Source: an uncultured cyanobacterium (GTDB lineage Bacteria > Cyanobacteriota > Cyanobacteriia > Cyanobacteriales > CAWCAG01). Taken from it: 64,000 nt of DNA. Of the stretch, positions 1 to 9,021 are shown in pieces. The translations under genes were made by a program, and so were the position numbers. The notes beneath the pieces are model-generated. The model did not search any database, had not been told where the DNA came from, and saw nothing but the letters and a program-made list of their open reading frames with translations. The stretch lies in NCBI GenBank assembly GCA_963793425.1, contig CAWCAG010000005.1, positions 1,344,001 through 1,408,000 of the forward strand. Direction: 5' to 3'. The first letter of the stretch is position 1, and every line of letters starts with the position of its first letter.

Positions 1-116
1 ACTATATATTTAAAGCTTGAGTATCTATTTTCTTGTTTTTTGCTTTCACATTGCAAGTTCGGTAGAACCAAACTTTCCAAATTGATGAAGGTGGAGTCAT
101 TGAAGAAACTTTTGTT

Positions 117-734
117 TTGGATGAGGGCAAAACTATTACTGCTGCACAAGAAGAACAGACGGTTTTTTGGAACTTGGCAACAGGTGAAGAAATTGGTCGT
201 GTTGAAGGAAAAATGTATAACTTTTTTGAGGTAGACAACAGAATCATCACCTATACGAAGGAATTAATACCTATTCCACAAAGTGAAGAAACAGAGCAAA
301 ATTCAAACCAACCAAATTCCCAAGCATTTTGGAGTATTCCTACCACTTTGGTATATAGATATCCAGAGTTAGACTCAAAGTGTAAAATGCCTATTTTTTT
401 TGTACCAGAAAGTGATTATTTTCGTTCATCTCCAGATGGTCGCTACTTAGCTATTCCTGGTAGCAACCCCAAGCCACAGGGTGAATTTGCTTCTTCTGGG
501 AGAGTTTTGTCATCTTCTGAATTGTATGATCTTCAAAGCTGTAGCGAGGTTAATATTGCAGAACACCTAGCCCTTAGACTGACTAATGTAGGAGAGTTTT
601 CTGCTGATTCAAGATACTACCTTATGCAGAATGCTTCTTTTCGTGTTGGCAACCATACTGCTTTCGGTGCAATCAAATTTAATCTGCAAACTGGCGAGAT
701 TGTAGAGAAAATTCCTGAGAGAATCTGGGATTAG
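117..734 (+). CDS. Hypothetical protein, beta-propeller/WD40-like; 5' end probably incomplete or disrupted
   Basis: 205-aa ORF with propeller-like motifs (VFWNLATGEEI, SSPDGRYLAI, FSADSRYY, FNLQTGEIV). It has a weak TTG start, and the frame is open only back to a TAG at 63-65. Confidence 0.55.
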   Translation: MDEGKTITAAQEEQTVFWNLATGEEIGRVEGKMYNFFEVDNRIITYTKELIPIPQSEETEQNSNQPNSQAFWSIPTTLVYRYPELDSKCKMPIFFVPESDYFRSSPDGRYLAIPGSNPKPQGEFASSGRVLSSSELYDLQSCSEVNIAEHLALRLTNVGEFSADSRYYLMQNASFRVGNHTAFGAIKFNLQTGEIVEKIPERIWD

Positions 735-975
735 TAACCTGCTAAACAGAGGGTAATCTTTCAATCATCCCCAGGTATAGTAAATCAAAAACATTGATAT
801 TTCTTAATCAAATAGATTGTAATTCAAGTAAATCCTCTCAAGAAAATTAAATACGGTTTTTATAGTCTGATAGAGGAATTAAATTAATGGGGTTTCTTCA
901 AACTAAAGACACTAAAATAGAGAGCATTTATTACTAGCCACTTTTTAGTTTATACAAGGTTAGGAGGGTAAACAA

Positions 976-1569
976 ATGACATCTTCTGAAGCAGATGGCA
1001 TCAAGATAAAAATTATCGAACCAAACTTAATAGTCCGACCTATTCGTGAGAACAGAAAGGAAGTTAAGACTTGCTTACAAATTCATGTAACTATTAGCAA
1101 CAATCTACCAAAGCTTTTCCCCTTTGTTTATGATCTGTTAACTCCAGAATTACTCACACCGCAAGGACAAATACTACATCCCCAAAAGCTAATCAATCGA
1201 CAAACCATTCCCCATCAATATTACGGTATGGGAATTCCTCATCAAGCGACTTTAAGGTGCTATTTAATTGCCGAGGTTTCTTGGGACAACAACTTACTTA
1301 AACTTCAAGGCTATATCTCAAATCCCAACTCATTGTTCCGGATAGCTCCTTACTATTGTTGTTCTTTTGAGGCTCTACAACTAGGAGCATACCAATTAAA
1401 GTTTACATACTCAAGTCCTAAAGAAGAATTCTTATTCTTTGATGCTAGGACGAGGGAGGAGGCTAGCAAAGTACAAACTTCGGTGACAAATCTGCTCTTC
1501 ACCTCTTGGGTAAACCTGCAACTTGTTGAACCTGTAGAGTCCAATCAAAACGCCGTAGAATATGATTAG
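976..1569 (+). CDS. Hypothetical protein, probably C-terminally truncated
   Basis: 197-aa ORF with an AGGAGG SD upstream. It ends abruptly (NAVEYD*) at the junction with a PEP-CTERM remnant. Confidence 0.6.
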   Translation: MTSSEADGIKIKIIEPNLIVRPIRENRKEVKTCLQIHVTISNNLPKLFPFVYDLLTPELLTPQGQILHPQKLINRQTIPHQYYGMGIPHQATLRCYLIAEVSWDNNLLKLQGYISNPNSLFRIAPYYCCSFEALQLGAYQLKFTYSSPKEEFLFFDARTREEASKVQTSVTNLLFTSWVNLQLVEPVESNQNAVEYD

Positions 1570-1708
1570 GAAAGAGTGCTATCCAGCAAGGAGTTTAACT
1601 TCCTCTTCTGAAAGAGTCTTTGAACCCACTTTCATACTTGCGATCACGGCTTTTGGTTTAGGAGTTGTTTGGCGGGATAAGAAAGGTAAGAGTAGAGAAA
1701 TTTCCTGA
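1562..1708 (+). pseudogene. Remnant C-terminus of a PEP-CTERM sorting-domain protein
   Basis: My translation reads ...SERVFEPTFILAITAFGLGVVWRDKKGKSREIS*. This is a degenerate VPEP motif, a transmembrane segment and a basic tail. Not in the ORF track. Confidence 0.65.
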
Positions 1709-1737
1709 AGAGATTTGGGATTAGCCACTGCTAAACA
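1692..1737 (+). repeat. Diverged copy of 702-748 (3' end and downstream flank of ORF 117-734)
   Basis: GTAGAGAAATTTCCTGAAGAGATTTGGGATTAGCCACTGCTAAACA (VEKFPEEIWD*) versus GTAGAGAAAATTCCTGAGAGAATCTGGGATTAGTAACCTGCTAAACA (VEKIPERIWD*). Confidence 0.85.
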
Positions 1738-1753
1738 ATAACTCTAGTCATAA

Positions 1754-2128
1754 ATGTTTGGAAAAATGAAAAAAGCAAAAATTCTCATAATTTTAAGTAT
1801 ACTTTCTCCAATATTACAAGTTAATTCGCAGGTTCTAGGGGCCGCTCTCACTCCAGTAGACAAAATCAGTTTCGATCCCATAGTTGAGAATGATAAAGTT
1901 GGCGATCTAACGCTTAAAGTTGCTCCTTATGCTGACCAGAATGGTGTATTGACAGGAGATTTTGGAATTAAGGGAGAATTTAAGTCAAGTACTAACGAGT
2001 CTTATGCTGATTTTTTACAAAACACTCTTAATGGAGCAATAGGTATTAATTGGTTACAAATATGGAATATCGAACCAAATTTTCCGGGCTTAGGAGTTGT
2101 CTGGCGAGGTAAAAAAGGTAAGAAGTGA
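1754..2128 (+). pseudogene. Secreted PEP-CTERM-type protein with probable internal deletion
   Basis: It has an N-terminal signal peptide and ends GLGVVWRGKKGKK, nearly identical to the tail at 1655-1690. The VPEP motif and most of the TM helix are missing. Confidence 0.55.
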
Positions 2129-2960
2129 AACTTACTTACACCATACTTTATTGCCTTAGCATCATCCTCATTGAACCTTGGGGTAACAGTCGCGGCGATA
2201 TTTGGACGGAACCGAAAATCTTAGTCCTGTTGTTAATAACTCTCCTTAACCTTTCTCTGCTTTGGGAAGAAAGGTTAAACTTAATCATCCCCCGCAATTG
2301 GAAAATAACAGCCCTTCTTTGGTCTATTTTCCTTACCATTGGCTTCATTGCTACCCTGCAAAGTCCTTTCCCCAATACCTCCTTATGGGGACAAGCACAA
2401 ATGGGAGATGGTTGGTTGTATTGGTGTTTGGTGGCTGGTTTTGCCCTTAGCAATGGCTTGCTGCTAACGTTGCGGCCAGAATTGCTACGCTGTCAATATT
2501 GGCGTTTAATTGGTGGGGGAGTTATCTTGGCGATCGCAATTTTCCCTCAAGCTATTAATTGGCAAATTGACTACACCGCTACAACAGGTCAGTTGCTTAA
2601 AGATAATATCCTTGTTAGTACCATTTTTCGTAACCAGCAACCCATTGGTTTTTATTCCCATCGTGGTCATGCTGCTATTGTGTTAGTTAAAGAGAAACTC
2701 TCCCTACCTACAAAGCCCATAACCTAGTTTTAGACACTACCTTATCAGTGGGAATCTTCGGAACAATAACTTATCTTTTTCTTATTGGCTACTGTTACTG
2801 GCAAGTTAAGCATTCTTCTTATTGCGGTATAGAAACTGTTGCGATCGCCTACTTTATTTTCACTCTAACTTGGTTTGAATGCGCCCAGTTTAGCCATTTA
2901 GCTTGGTGGGCGCTTTCTCTATCTTCATTCCCCCTCGTCTCTCCGTCACTATTCAAGTAA
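2125..2960 (+). pseudogene. O-antigen ligase family membrane protein, internally deleted and frameshifted
   Basis: The multi-TM N-terminal ORF (2125-2727) runs to ...GFYSHRGHAAIVL. Another frame from ~2691 reads TLPTYKAHNLVLDTTLSVGIFG (the AHN ligase motif) and continues into ORF 2748-2960. The middle of the protein appears to be missing. Confidence 0.65.
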
Positions 2961-3963
2961 ATTGAGCATCAGGCAAATCATCCAAAGTCTGCCAAACTTT
3001 TTGTAACAAGGCATCAAGACCCATTCTCGCCACCGCAGAAATACCAAAGATAGGTGCAGCAGTTAATTGAGAAAGTTCTTCTACAATTAGTTCATAGGTT
3101 TCTTCATCCACCGCATCTAACTTATTCAAACCAATAATTTGCTGTCGCTCTGCTAAACTGTGTCCGTAAGCTTGCAATTCTGCTTGAATAGTTTGATAAT
3201 CGGCAATGGGGTCATTTGCTGTCAGATCAATTAAGTGTAACAACAGGCGAGTACGTTCGATGTGACGTAGAAAGTCATGACCCAATCCTACTCCGGTATG
3301 AGCGCCGGCAATTAAACCGGGAATGTCTGCAAATACTGTTCCATCCCCCGTCGGCTTACGAACTACCCCCAAGTTGGGTACTAAAGTGGTAAAAGGATAA
3401 TCAGCTATCTTAGGACGGGCAGCGGAAAGGGCAGCAATTAAGGTAGATTTACCAGTATTAGGTAAACCGATAATGCCCACCTCTGCTAAGAGTTTTAACT
3501 CCAAGCGCAGACTGTTAATTTCCCCTGGCAAACCGGGTAAAGCATATTCCGGCGCTCTATTACTATTACTTAAAAAATGTTGATTCCCCAAGCCTCCTTT
3601 GCCTCCTTTGACGGCGCAAAAAGTTTGTTGGGGTGTCACCAAATCTCCTAAGATTTTTCCACTCTCAAGCTCGTAAATGACTGTACCACAAGGGACTTCT
3701 ACAATAAGATCATCTCCTGAAGCCCCAGTACGATTATTTGGCCCGCCTCGCTTACCGTCATCTGCTTTAAAATGACGAGCATATTTAAAGTCCAAAAGAG
3801 TTTGCAAGTTTTCTACGGCTTTGAAAAAAATTGAACCACCCCGCCCCCCATTGCCTCCTGCGGGGCCTCCTGCCGGGACGTATTTCTCCCGGCGAAAGGC
3901 GACTATTCCATCACCGCCTTTACCTGCTTCTACTTCTATTTCTGCTCGATCTATGAACTGCAT
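2953..3963 (-). CDS. obgE: GTPase ObgE/CgtA
   Basis: [19 protein letters not shown]ly-rich Obg fold, plus [18 protein letters not shown] and NKLD motifs. Confidence 0.97.
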   Translation of the reverse strand: MQFIDRAEIEVEAGKGGDGIVAFRREKYVPAGGPAGGNGGRGGSIFFKAVENLQTLLDFKYARHFKADDGKRGGPNNRTGASGDDLIVEVPCGTVIYELESGKILGDLVTPQQTFCAVKGGKGGLGNQHFLSNSNRAPEYALPGLPGEINSLRLELKLLAEVGIIGLPNTGKSTLIAALSAARPKIADYPFTTLVPNLGVVRKPTGDGTVFADIPGLIAGAHTGVGLGHDFLRHIERTRLLLHLIDLTANDPIADYQTIQAELQAYGHSLAERQQIIGLNKLDAVDEETYELIVEELSQLTAAPIFGISAVARMGLDALLQKVWQTLDDLPDAQFT

Positions 3964-4201
3964 TTATTTTTAAGTAATCAGTAATAAGTTATACCACTTC
4001 CGGAAGTTACAGTAACAAAGATTTAGTGATTTCCTAATTATCCCGGAAAACCAACGTAAACCCTAATTCATACCTAAACATCAACCAAGTTTTTTAAACT
4101 ATAAAAATATGAAAAATTAAAATTGAGGAATTTTGCTTGATAGAGATGTAGTTATTCCATTATTTTCTCGTTGCCAAATAATTTTTTAGGGGGTTGCTAC
4201 C

Positions 4202-5107
4202 ATGTTTTCCATTTATATTTTGACCTATAACGAAGAACAAGAGATTGCTGCTTGCATTGAATCAGCACTGTTATGTGATGATGTTATTGTTGTAGACTCT
4301 TTTAGCAGCGATTCCACCATAGAAATTGCCCAGAAATATTCTGTACAGGTTGTACAGCATCATTTTGAAAGTCATGGGCAACAGCGTAGTTGGATGCTAA
4401 AGTCTGTACCGAGTAAGTACCAATGGGCTTATATCTTAGAAGCAGATGAACGGATGACTCCAGAATTATTCCAAGAATGCTTACAAGCAGTACAAGATGC
4501 TCAGCACGTTGGTTATTATGTAGCCGAGCGGGTTATGTTCATGAATGCTTGGATACGCCATAGCACCCAATATCCTCGCTATCAACTGCGCTTGTTACAT
4601 AAAGATTATGTTTGGTTTGATGATTATGGCCATACAGAAAGGGAAGTCTGCAAGGGTTCTACAGGTTTTTTACAACAGACTTATCCCCACTACACTGCCG
4701 GTAAAGGCTTTAGTCGTTGGCTAGAAAAACATAATCGTTATTCTAGCGATGAGGCCCAAGAAACCGTTAAACAGTTGTCCCAAGGTAAGGTTGATTTAGC
4801 GGCTCTGTTTTTTGGGGCTACGGAAGTAAAAAGGCGACGGGCCTTGAAAGATTTATCTTTGAGAATACCTGGTCGTCCTGTGGTACGTTTTATTTATATG
4901 TATGTGTTTTTAAAAGGCTTTTTAGATGGTCAAGCCGGTTTTGTTTGGTGTCTTTTACAAGCTTTTTATGAATATTTAATTACTCTCAAAGTTTGGGAAA
5001 TACGAAACAATCAATCTAGCTCAACTATGAAGCAAGAAGTTGATTTTGAACCAAATGATTTAGATTATGATTCCCAAGAGCTAAATTCTTTACAATTAGA
5101 AGTTTAA
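4202..5107 (+). CDS. Glycosyltransferase family 2
   Basis: SIYILTYNEE, VVDSFSSDST and ILEADE motifs typical of GT2. Confidence 0.88.
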   Translation: MFSIYILTYNEEQEIAACIESALLCDDVIVVDSFSSDSTIEIAQKYSVQVVQHHFESHGQQRSWMLKSVPSKYQWAYILEADERMTPELFQECLQAVQDAQHVGYYVAERVMFMNAWIRHSTQYPRYQLRLLHKDYVWFDDYGHTEREVCKGSTGFLQQTYPHYTAGKGFSRWLEKHNRYSSDEAQETVKQLSQGKVDLAALFFGATEVKRRRALKDLSLRIPGRPVVRFIYMYVFLKGFLDGQAGFVWCLLQAFYEYLITLKVWEIRNNQSSSTMKQEVDFEPNDLDYDSQELNSLQLEV

Positions 5108-5136
5108 TTTCAGCTTGAGTAATAGCTCAAAAAAAT

Positions 5137-5164
5137 GTAGAGACGCTCAAGAAAACGTCTCTAC
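5137..5164. terminator. GTAG-type palindrome between convergent genes (REP-like / bidirectional terminator)
   Basis: Perfect 9-bp inverted repeat GTAGAGACG-N10-CGTCTCTAC. A related hairpin lies at 53779-53805. Confidence 0.65.
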
Positions 5165-5191
5165 GAAAAGATTTTTTTATTTTGGTTTAAG

Positions 5192-5353
5192 TTAATTGAG
5201 TTTCAAGTAATCGAGTTCAGCTTTTATTTGACTAATCAAAGTTTCATCACCATTAGCACGAGCTACTTCTAAGCGACGTTGTATATTTTTACGGAGAGAT
5301 TCGCGATAGTTATTAGCAGCCTGTTTAACATGTTCCCGACTTATATTTTTCAT
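5192..5353 (-). CDS. pirA: PirA-like small protein (PII-interacting regulator of arginine synthesis), 53 aa
   Basis: My translation is MKNISREHVKQAANNYRESLRKNIQRRLEVARANGDETLISQIKAELDYLKLN*. The motif LRKNIQRRLEVARANGDETLI..AE matches my recollection of the PirA/Ssr0692 family. It is below the ORF-track size cutoff. Confidence 0.75.
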   Translation of the reverse strand: MKNISREHVKQAANNYRESLRKNIQRRLEVARANGDETLISQIKAELDYLKLN

Positions 5354-5401
5354 ATTGAGCAGTTTTCAACAATTGATTTTAATTTGACAACCTTTATATT
5401 T

Positions 5402-5440
5402 ATATTAGCATTTTCTTCAATAAATGTAACCAATTTGACA
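5402..5440 (-). promoter_or_regulatory. NtcA-like box and extended -10 of the pirA-like gene
   Basis: The minus strand reads TGTC-AAATTGGT-TACA (TGT-N10-ACA, 5425-5440). An extended -10, TGcTAATAT (5402-5410), follows with its hexamer 18 nt after the TAC. Confidence 0.5.
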
Positions 5441-5704
5441 GAAATTAATATTTTTCCTTTCTGTTTTAATGCAACAGAGTTTATACTGATAATTAATTAA
5501 ATGTTTGTTAAGATACCTAATTTTACTTAGTCTTTATGCTATCTACCTTTTTGAGGTGAAGCCCCTAGTACTGAAGCTCTTAATTAAGACTACAGTTATT
5601 CATAACACTTTATAACGCTATTTAAATCATTGGAAACAATCAGAATTGGAGTTATTTAGCGACTTAATGTAATCATTTTTAACAAACAAAACTTGGAGGG
5701 CAGA

Positions 5705-6739
5705 GTGTCTTTTAAACGGAAGTTACTATCAATTGATGGAGGAGGTATTCGAGGCATAATTCCGGCCAAAATTCTGGTGGAAATTGAAAAACGTACTCAA
5801 AAAAGCATCTTTGAACTCTTTGACTTAATCGCAGGAACTTCTACAGGAGGTATTCTGGCTTTAGGACTAACTGCGCCAGATCAAAAAGAAAACGGAAAGC
5901 CCAGATACACTGCCGAAGATTTACTCAATCTTTATCATCAAGAAAGTAAAAATATTTTCTACGAACCTTTCTTAGAAAGAATGACTAGCGCTGATGATTT
6001 AGTTAGGCCTAAATATTCTTCTGCGGGGAGAGATGAAGTCTTAAACCAATATTTCGGCAAGACTCCTATCAAAGAAGCTCTTACAGAAGTTTTAGTTCCT
6101 AGCTACGATATTGAACAAAGATTGCCAGTCTTCTTCACTAGTGATCCAGGAAAACAAGAAACTCGTTCCCCTCTTTTCCGGAAGATTCGTGATGGTTTCA
6201 CCATGAAACAAGCAGCGATGGCAACTTCTGCTGCTCCTACTTATTTTAAACCTTATCGAGTTCCCACCACCCAAACTCGCAGCGGTTTTTATACCCTAGT
6301 TGATGGGGGAGTATTTGCGAATAATCCTACTGCTTTAGCCACCATTGAAGCTATTACCGACCTAAAACAAAATTCTCACCATCTTAATATTAATTCTATT
6401 TTAGTTGTCTCCCTTGGCACTGGCTCTCTGACTGGCGAATATGCCTATGAACAAGCAGAAAATTGGGGTTTACTAGGTTGGGTGAGGCCTTTGCTTAATA
6501 TCACCTTAGATGGCTCCAGTGAATCCGTTGCAGTGCAAATGGCTCAACTCTTGCCGCCAGTTTACGAGCAGCCCCAACAATACTATCGTTTCCAACAATT
6601 TCTTGGTTCTAGTAACGATGATTTAGATGATATTAGCAATGATAACATCCAAAAACTAGAAGCCCTAGCAGAGCAAACAATTGCCGAAAAAACTGAAGAA
6701 ATAGACTGTCTATGCCAGCAACTTTGCGAAATTAATTAA
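5705..6739 (+). CDS. Patatin-like phospholipase
   Basis: DGGGIRG, GTSTG nucleophile, SAAPTYF and DGGVFANNP motifs. The GTG at 5705 follows a GGAGG. Confidence 0.92.
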   Translation: MSFKRKLLSIDGGGIRGIIPAKILVEIEKRTQKSIFELFDLIAGTSTGGILALGLTAPDQKENGKPRYTAEDLLNLYHQESKNIFYEPFLERMTSADDLVRPKYSSAGRDEVLNQYFGKTPIKEALTEVLVPSYDIEQRLPVFFTSDPGKQETRSPLFRKIRDGFTMKQAAMATSAAPTYFKPYRVPTTQTRSGFYTLVDGGVFANNPTALATIEAITDLKQNSHHLNINSILVVSLGTGSLTGEYAYEQAENWGLLGWVRPLLNITLDGSSESVAVQMAQLLPPVYEQPQQYYRFQQFLGSSNDDLDDISNDNIQKLEALAEQTIAEKTEEIDCLCQQLCEIN

Positions 6740-6751
6740 TAAACCAAAAAA

Positions 6752-7534
6752 GTGCTAACTCTTCTAAGTGATTTTGGTTATCGAGATGTTTATGTTGGGG
6801 TGATGAAAGGTGTGATCGCCACCATAAACCCTCAACTAAAAGTAGTAGATTTAACCCATGCCATCCCCCCTCAAAATATTGCTGCGGCGAGGTTTGCCTT
6901 GCTTAATGCTTATGCTTATTTTCCTCCTGGTACAGTCCATGTTGCTGTTATCGATCCAGGGGTAGGAAGTCAGCGACGGGGTATAGCAGTTGAAATTGCA
7001 GAAGGTTTCCTGGTGGGGCCAGATAATGGTTTATTTAGTGGTATTCTTGCTCAATCTTCTGGCATTGCTGCTGTAGAATTAACTAACTCTCTATATTGGC
7101 GATCGCCCTTTCCTAGCCATACTTTTCATGGTAGAGATATTTTTGCTCCTGTGGGAGCGCATCTAGCTGGGGGTATTGCGTTAAAAGACTTGGGTAAGGA
7201 AGTTGAGGTTAATACTTTAGTGCAGCTACCCCTTTCTGCTTATAAGGTTAAACCAGAAAGAATTATTGCTTCTATTCAATATATTGACCATTTCGGTAAC
7301 CTAATCACCAACATTCCTGCTAGGGAAGTCGAAGGGAAATCTTGGTTTATCGTCATCGGCAATCAAAAAATTCCTGCAACCCAAACCTATAGCGATAAAG
7401 CTTTAGGAGAAGTTGTCAGTTTGGTTGGCAGTCATGGTTGGATAGAAGTTGCCGTTAATGGTGGTAGCGCCAAGAAAGTTTTAGAATTAAACTGGGGAGA
7501 TCAGGTTGAAGCAATAATGACCATTAAGCCTTAA
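6752..7534 (+). CDS. SAM hydroxide adenosyltransferase (DUF62, chlorinase/fluorinase family)
   Basis: TLLSDFG, DPGVG, GPDNG, TFHGRDIFAP and IDHFGNLITN motifs. Confidence 0.92.
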   Translation: MLTLLSDFGYRDVYVGVMKGVIATINPQLKVVDLTHAIPPQNIAAARFALLNAYAYFPPGTVHVAVIDPGVGSQRRGIAVEIAEGFLVGPDNGLFSGILAQSSGIAAVELTNSLYWRSPFPSHTFHGRDIFAPVGAHLAGGIALKDLGKEVEVNTLVQLPLSAYKVKPERIIASIQYIDHFGNLITNIPAREVEGKSWFIVIGNQKIPATQTYSDKALGEVVSLVGSHGWIEVAVNGGSAKKVLELNWGDQVEAIMTIKP

Positions 7535-7811
7535 CTAATTGAGAAATTGTTTTAGCCATTTTGAAATCTTCTTCTGTTAAACCACCTGCATCGTGGCTAG
7601 TTAAGCTCACCGTAACTGTATTGTAAGAAATTTCTAAATCAGGATGATGCCCCGCAGATTCCGCTGGTTCGACTAGTTTGTTCACAAAATCAATGGCTGC
7701 GACAAAATCTTCAAACTTGAAAAGATGCTTGATTTTTTTGCCTTCTAACTCCCAACCAGATAATTGACTAAGATGTTTTGGGATTTCTGTTTTGCTAAGT
7801 AGTTGCGCCAT
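7524..7811 (-). CDS. phhB: Pterin-4a-carbinolamine dehydratase
   Basis: AESAGHHPD and LTSHDAGGLTEEDF motifs in a 95-aa ORF. Confidence 0.93.
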   Translation of the reverse strand: MAQLLSKTEIPKHLSQLSGWELEGKKIKHLFKFEDFVAAIDFVNKLVEPAESAGHHPDLEISYNTVTVSLTSHDAGGLTEEDFKMAKTISQLVKA

Positions 7812-7856
7812 TTTTTCAATGATTAGTTATGAGTTATCAATTTTTACATTACCCCC

Positions 7857-7912
7857 AAAAAACTATCCGCCCCCATAGTAAAGCACATTTAAGTACTTAC
7901 ATATGGGAGCGG
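7857..7912 (-). terminator. Long intrinsic-terminator-like hairpin
   Basis: The minus strand reads CCGCTCCCATA-TGTAAGTAC-ttaaat-GTGCTTTAC-TATGGGGGCGG followed by ATAGTTTTTT. Confidence 0.7.
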
Positions 7913-8148
7913 TCTAGCGGGTCTTCTAGTTAGTATCTGGCTGCCGGAAGGAACTATAAATATTTAGCTTCCCAGCGCTTTTAGATAAAACGAGTCAAGC
8001 TTGATTCTTTAAAGAACAGCCCCGGCGCGCAGCCGATAAACTCCAACTAAATGACCCATGGTCATACTACTTTCAATCATGGGCATCACCTCCTTTCTAC
8101 CTGAACGGTTTGAGTCTCAAAATTGTTTTGGGGTTTTTCCTTCCCCCT
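7857..8148 (-). ncRNA. Candidate ~290-nt sRNA or small-ORF transcript
   Basis: Extended -10 TGtTATCTT (8161-8153), a GC-rich body, a strong SD AGGAGGTGAT (8094-8085) before a 23-codon ORF (8080-8009), and a strong terminator. Confidence 0.5.
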
Positions 8149-8174
8149 GATTAAGATAACACAGTTTTTTTATT

Positions 8175-8209
8175 AATGGCTAATTGCTAGTGGCTAGTGG
8201 CTAATAGCT
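8175..8209. repeat. Short tandem heptamer repeats (STRR-like)
   Basis: AATGGCT AATTGCT AGTGGCT AGTGGCT AATAGCT. Confidence 0.7.
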
Positions 8210-8240
8210 AATCATTAAAGGACACTCTAAGTCACTCCAT

Positions 8241-8438
8241 TTAATAACGAAAAGTTTGGTCAATACCGTAGGCTATGCCTAATCCTAAGCTTAGTAGGAA
8301 AAGTAACATCAAAATTCCACCGGGAATAAAGCCCAAAAGTCCAAAACCTCTCAAAATATACAAAGCTAAGGCGATCGCGGAGATAACCGCAAAAGGATAA
8401 GCAAAAATAGATTTATCTGGGCGAGGAGATGAACTCAT
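8241..8438 (-). CDS. Small two-TM hypothetical membrane protein
   Basis: 65 aa with two hydrophobic helices and a YILRGFGLLGFIPGG segment. Contains a HIP1 site. Confidence 0.7.
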   Translation of the reverse strand: MSSSPRPDKSIFAYPFAVISAIALALYILRGFGLLGFIPGGILMLLFLLSLGLGIAYGIDQTFRY

Positions 8439-9021
8439 AAAATTAGTTATTTCAATGATGTCTATGACAAGGGCAAGCCTTACTAATGATACCTAACGGC
8501 AACGGCAAGCTGAACAATGATCATTGGATTAATTTAGTGGGTGCTTCGGAAAAAATTAACGATTGTTTATAAAGTTGTGCAATTTTGTTTTCTAGGATTC
8601 AGGCAAATTCTCTTCGGCCCAGTTAAAAGGATGAATCTACGGGTTGGCCAGAGATAAACTGGTTCTATTTTATACACTTTTCTCCGTATCTCTAGGAAAT
8701 ATAGGGGTACAGAAGGTTGTTGGTGTGAAAATGTGTTTTTTGTTTTTTGTTACTATTTAATAAAAATAAAGACCAAAGAAGTCTTAACTAAGTATTGGAA
8801 TATTAATAATGCTTTAGGAGTTAGATAAAACATTCATGTTCCCATTTGAGCTTGATCACTCGCTATAATAGCCATCTCCATTTAGAAACCCCCTTTCTTT
8901 TATGGAGAAGTTCGACAATAATGCCTAATGAAGACAAAAAAGCTTATATCTTCTGTTTCTAACGTCCGTAGCTTAAATAAACATTCACCATATATTCAAT
9001 TAAAACTAGGAGACAACCAAT

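Noticed and set aside
5279..5500. 73-aa plus-strand ORF
   Set aside because: Low-complexity shadow of the pirA-like gene and its promoter on the opposite strand.
5705..6739. Patatin as a CBASS CapV effector
   Set aside because: No CD-NTase or Cap2/Cap3 genes nearby; the neighbours are housekeeping genes.
8440..9020. Riboswitch or sRNA in the long chlL upstream region
   Set aside because: Only a weak hairpin (~8609-8655) and a TATAAT (~8864) are visible, with no recognisable motif.
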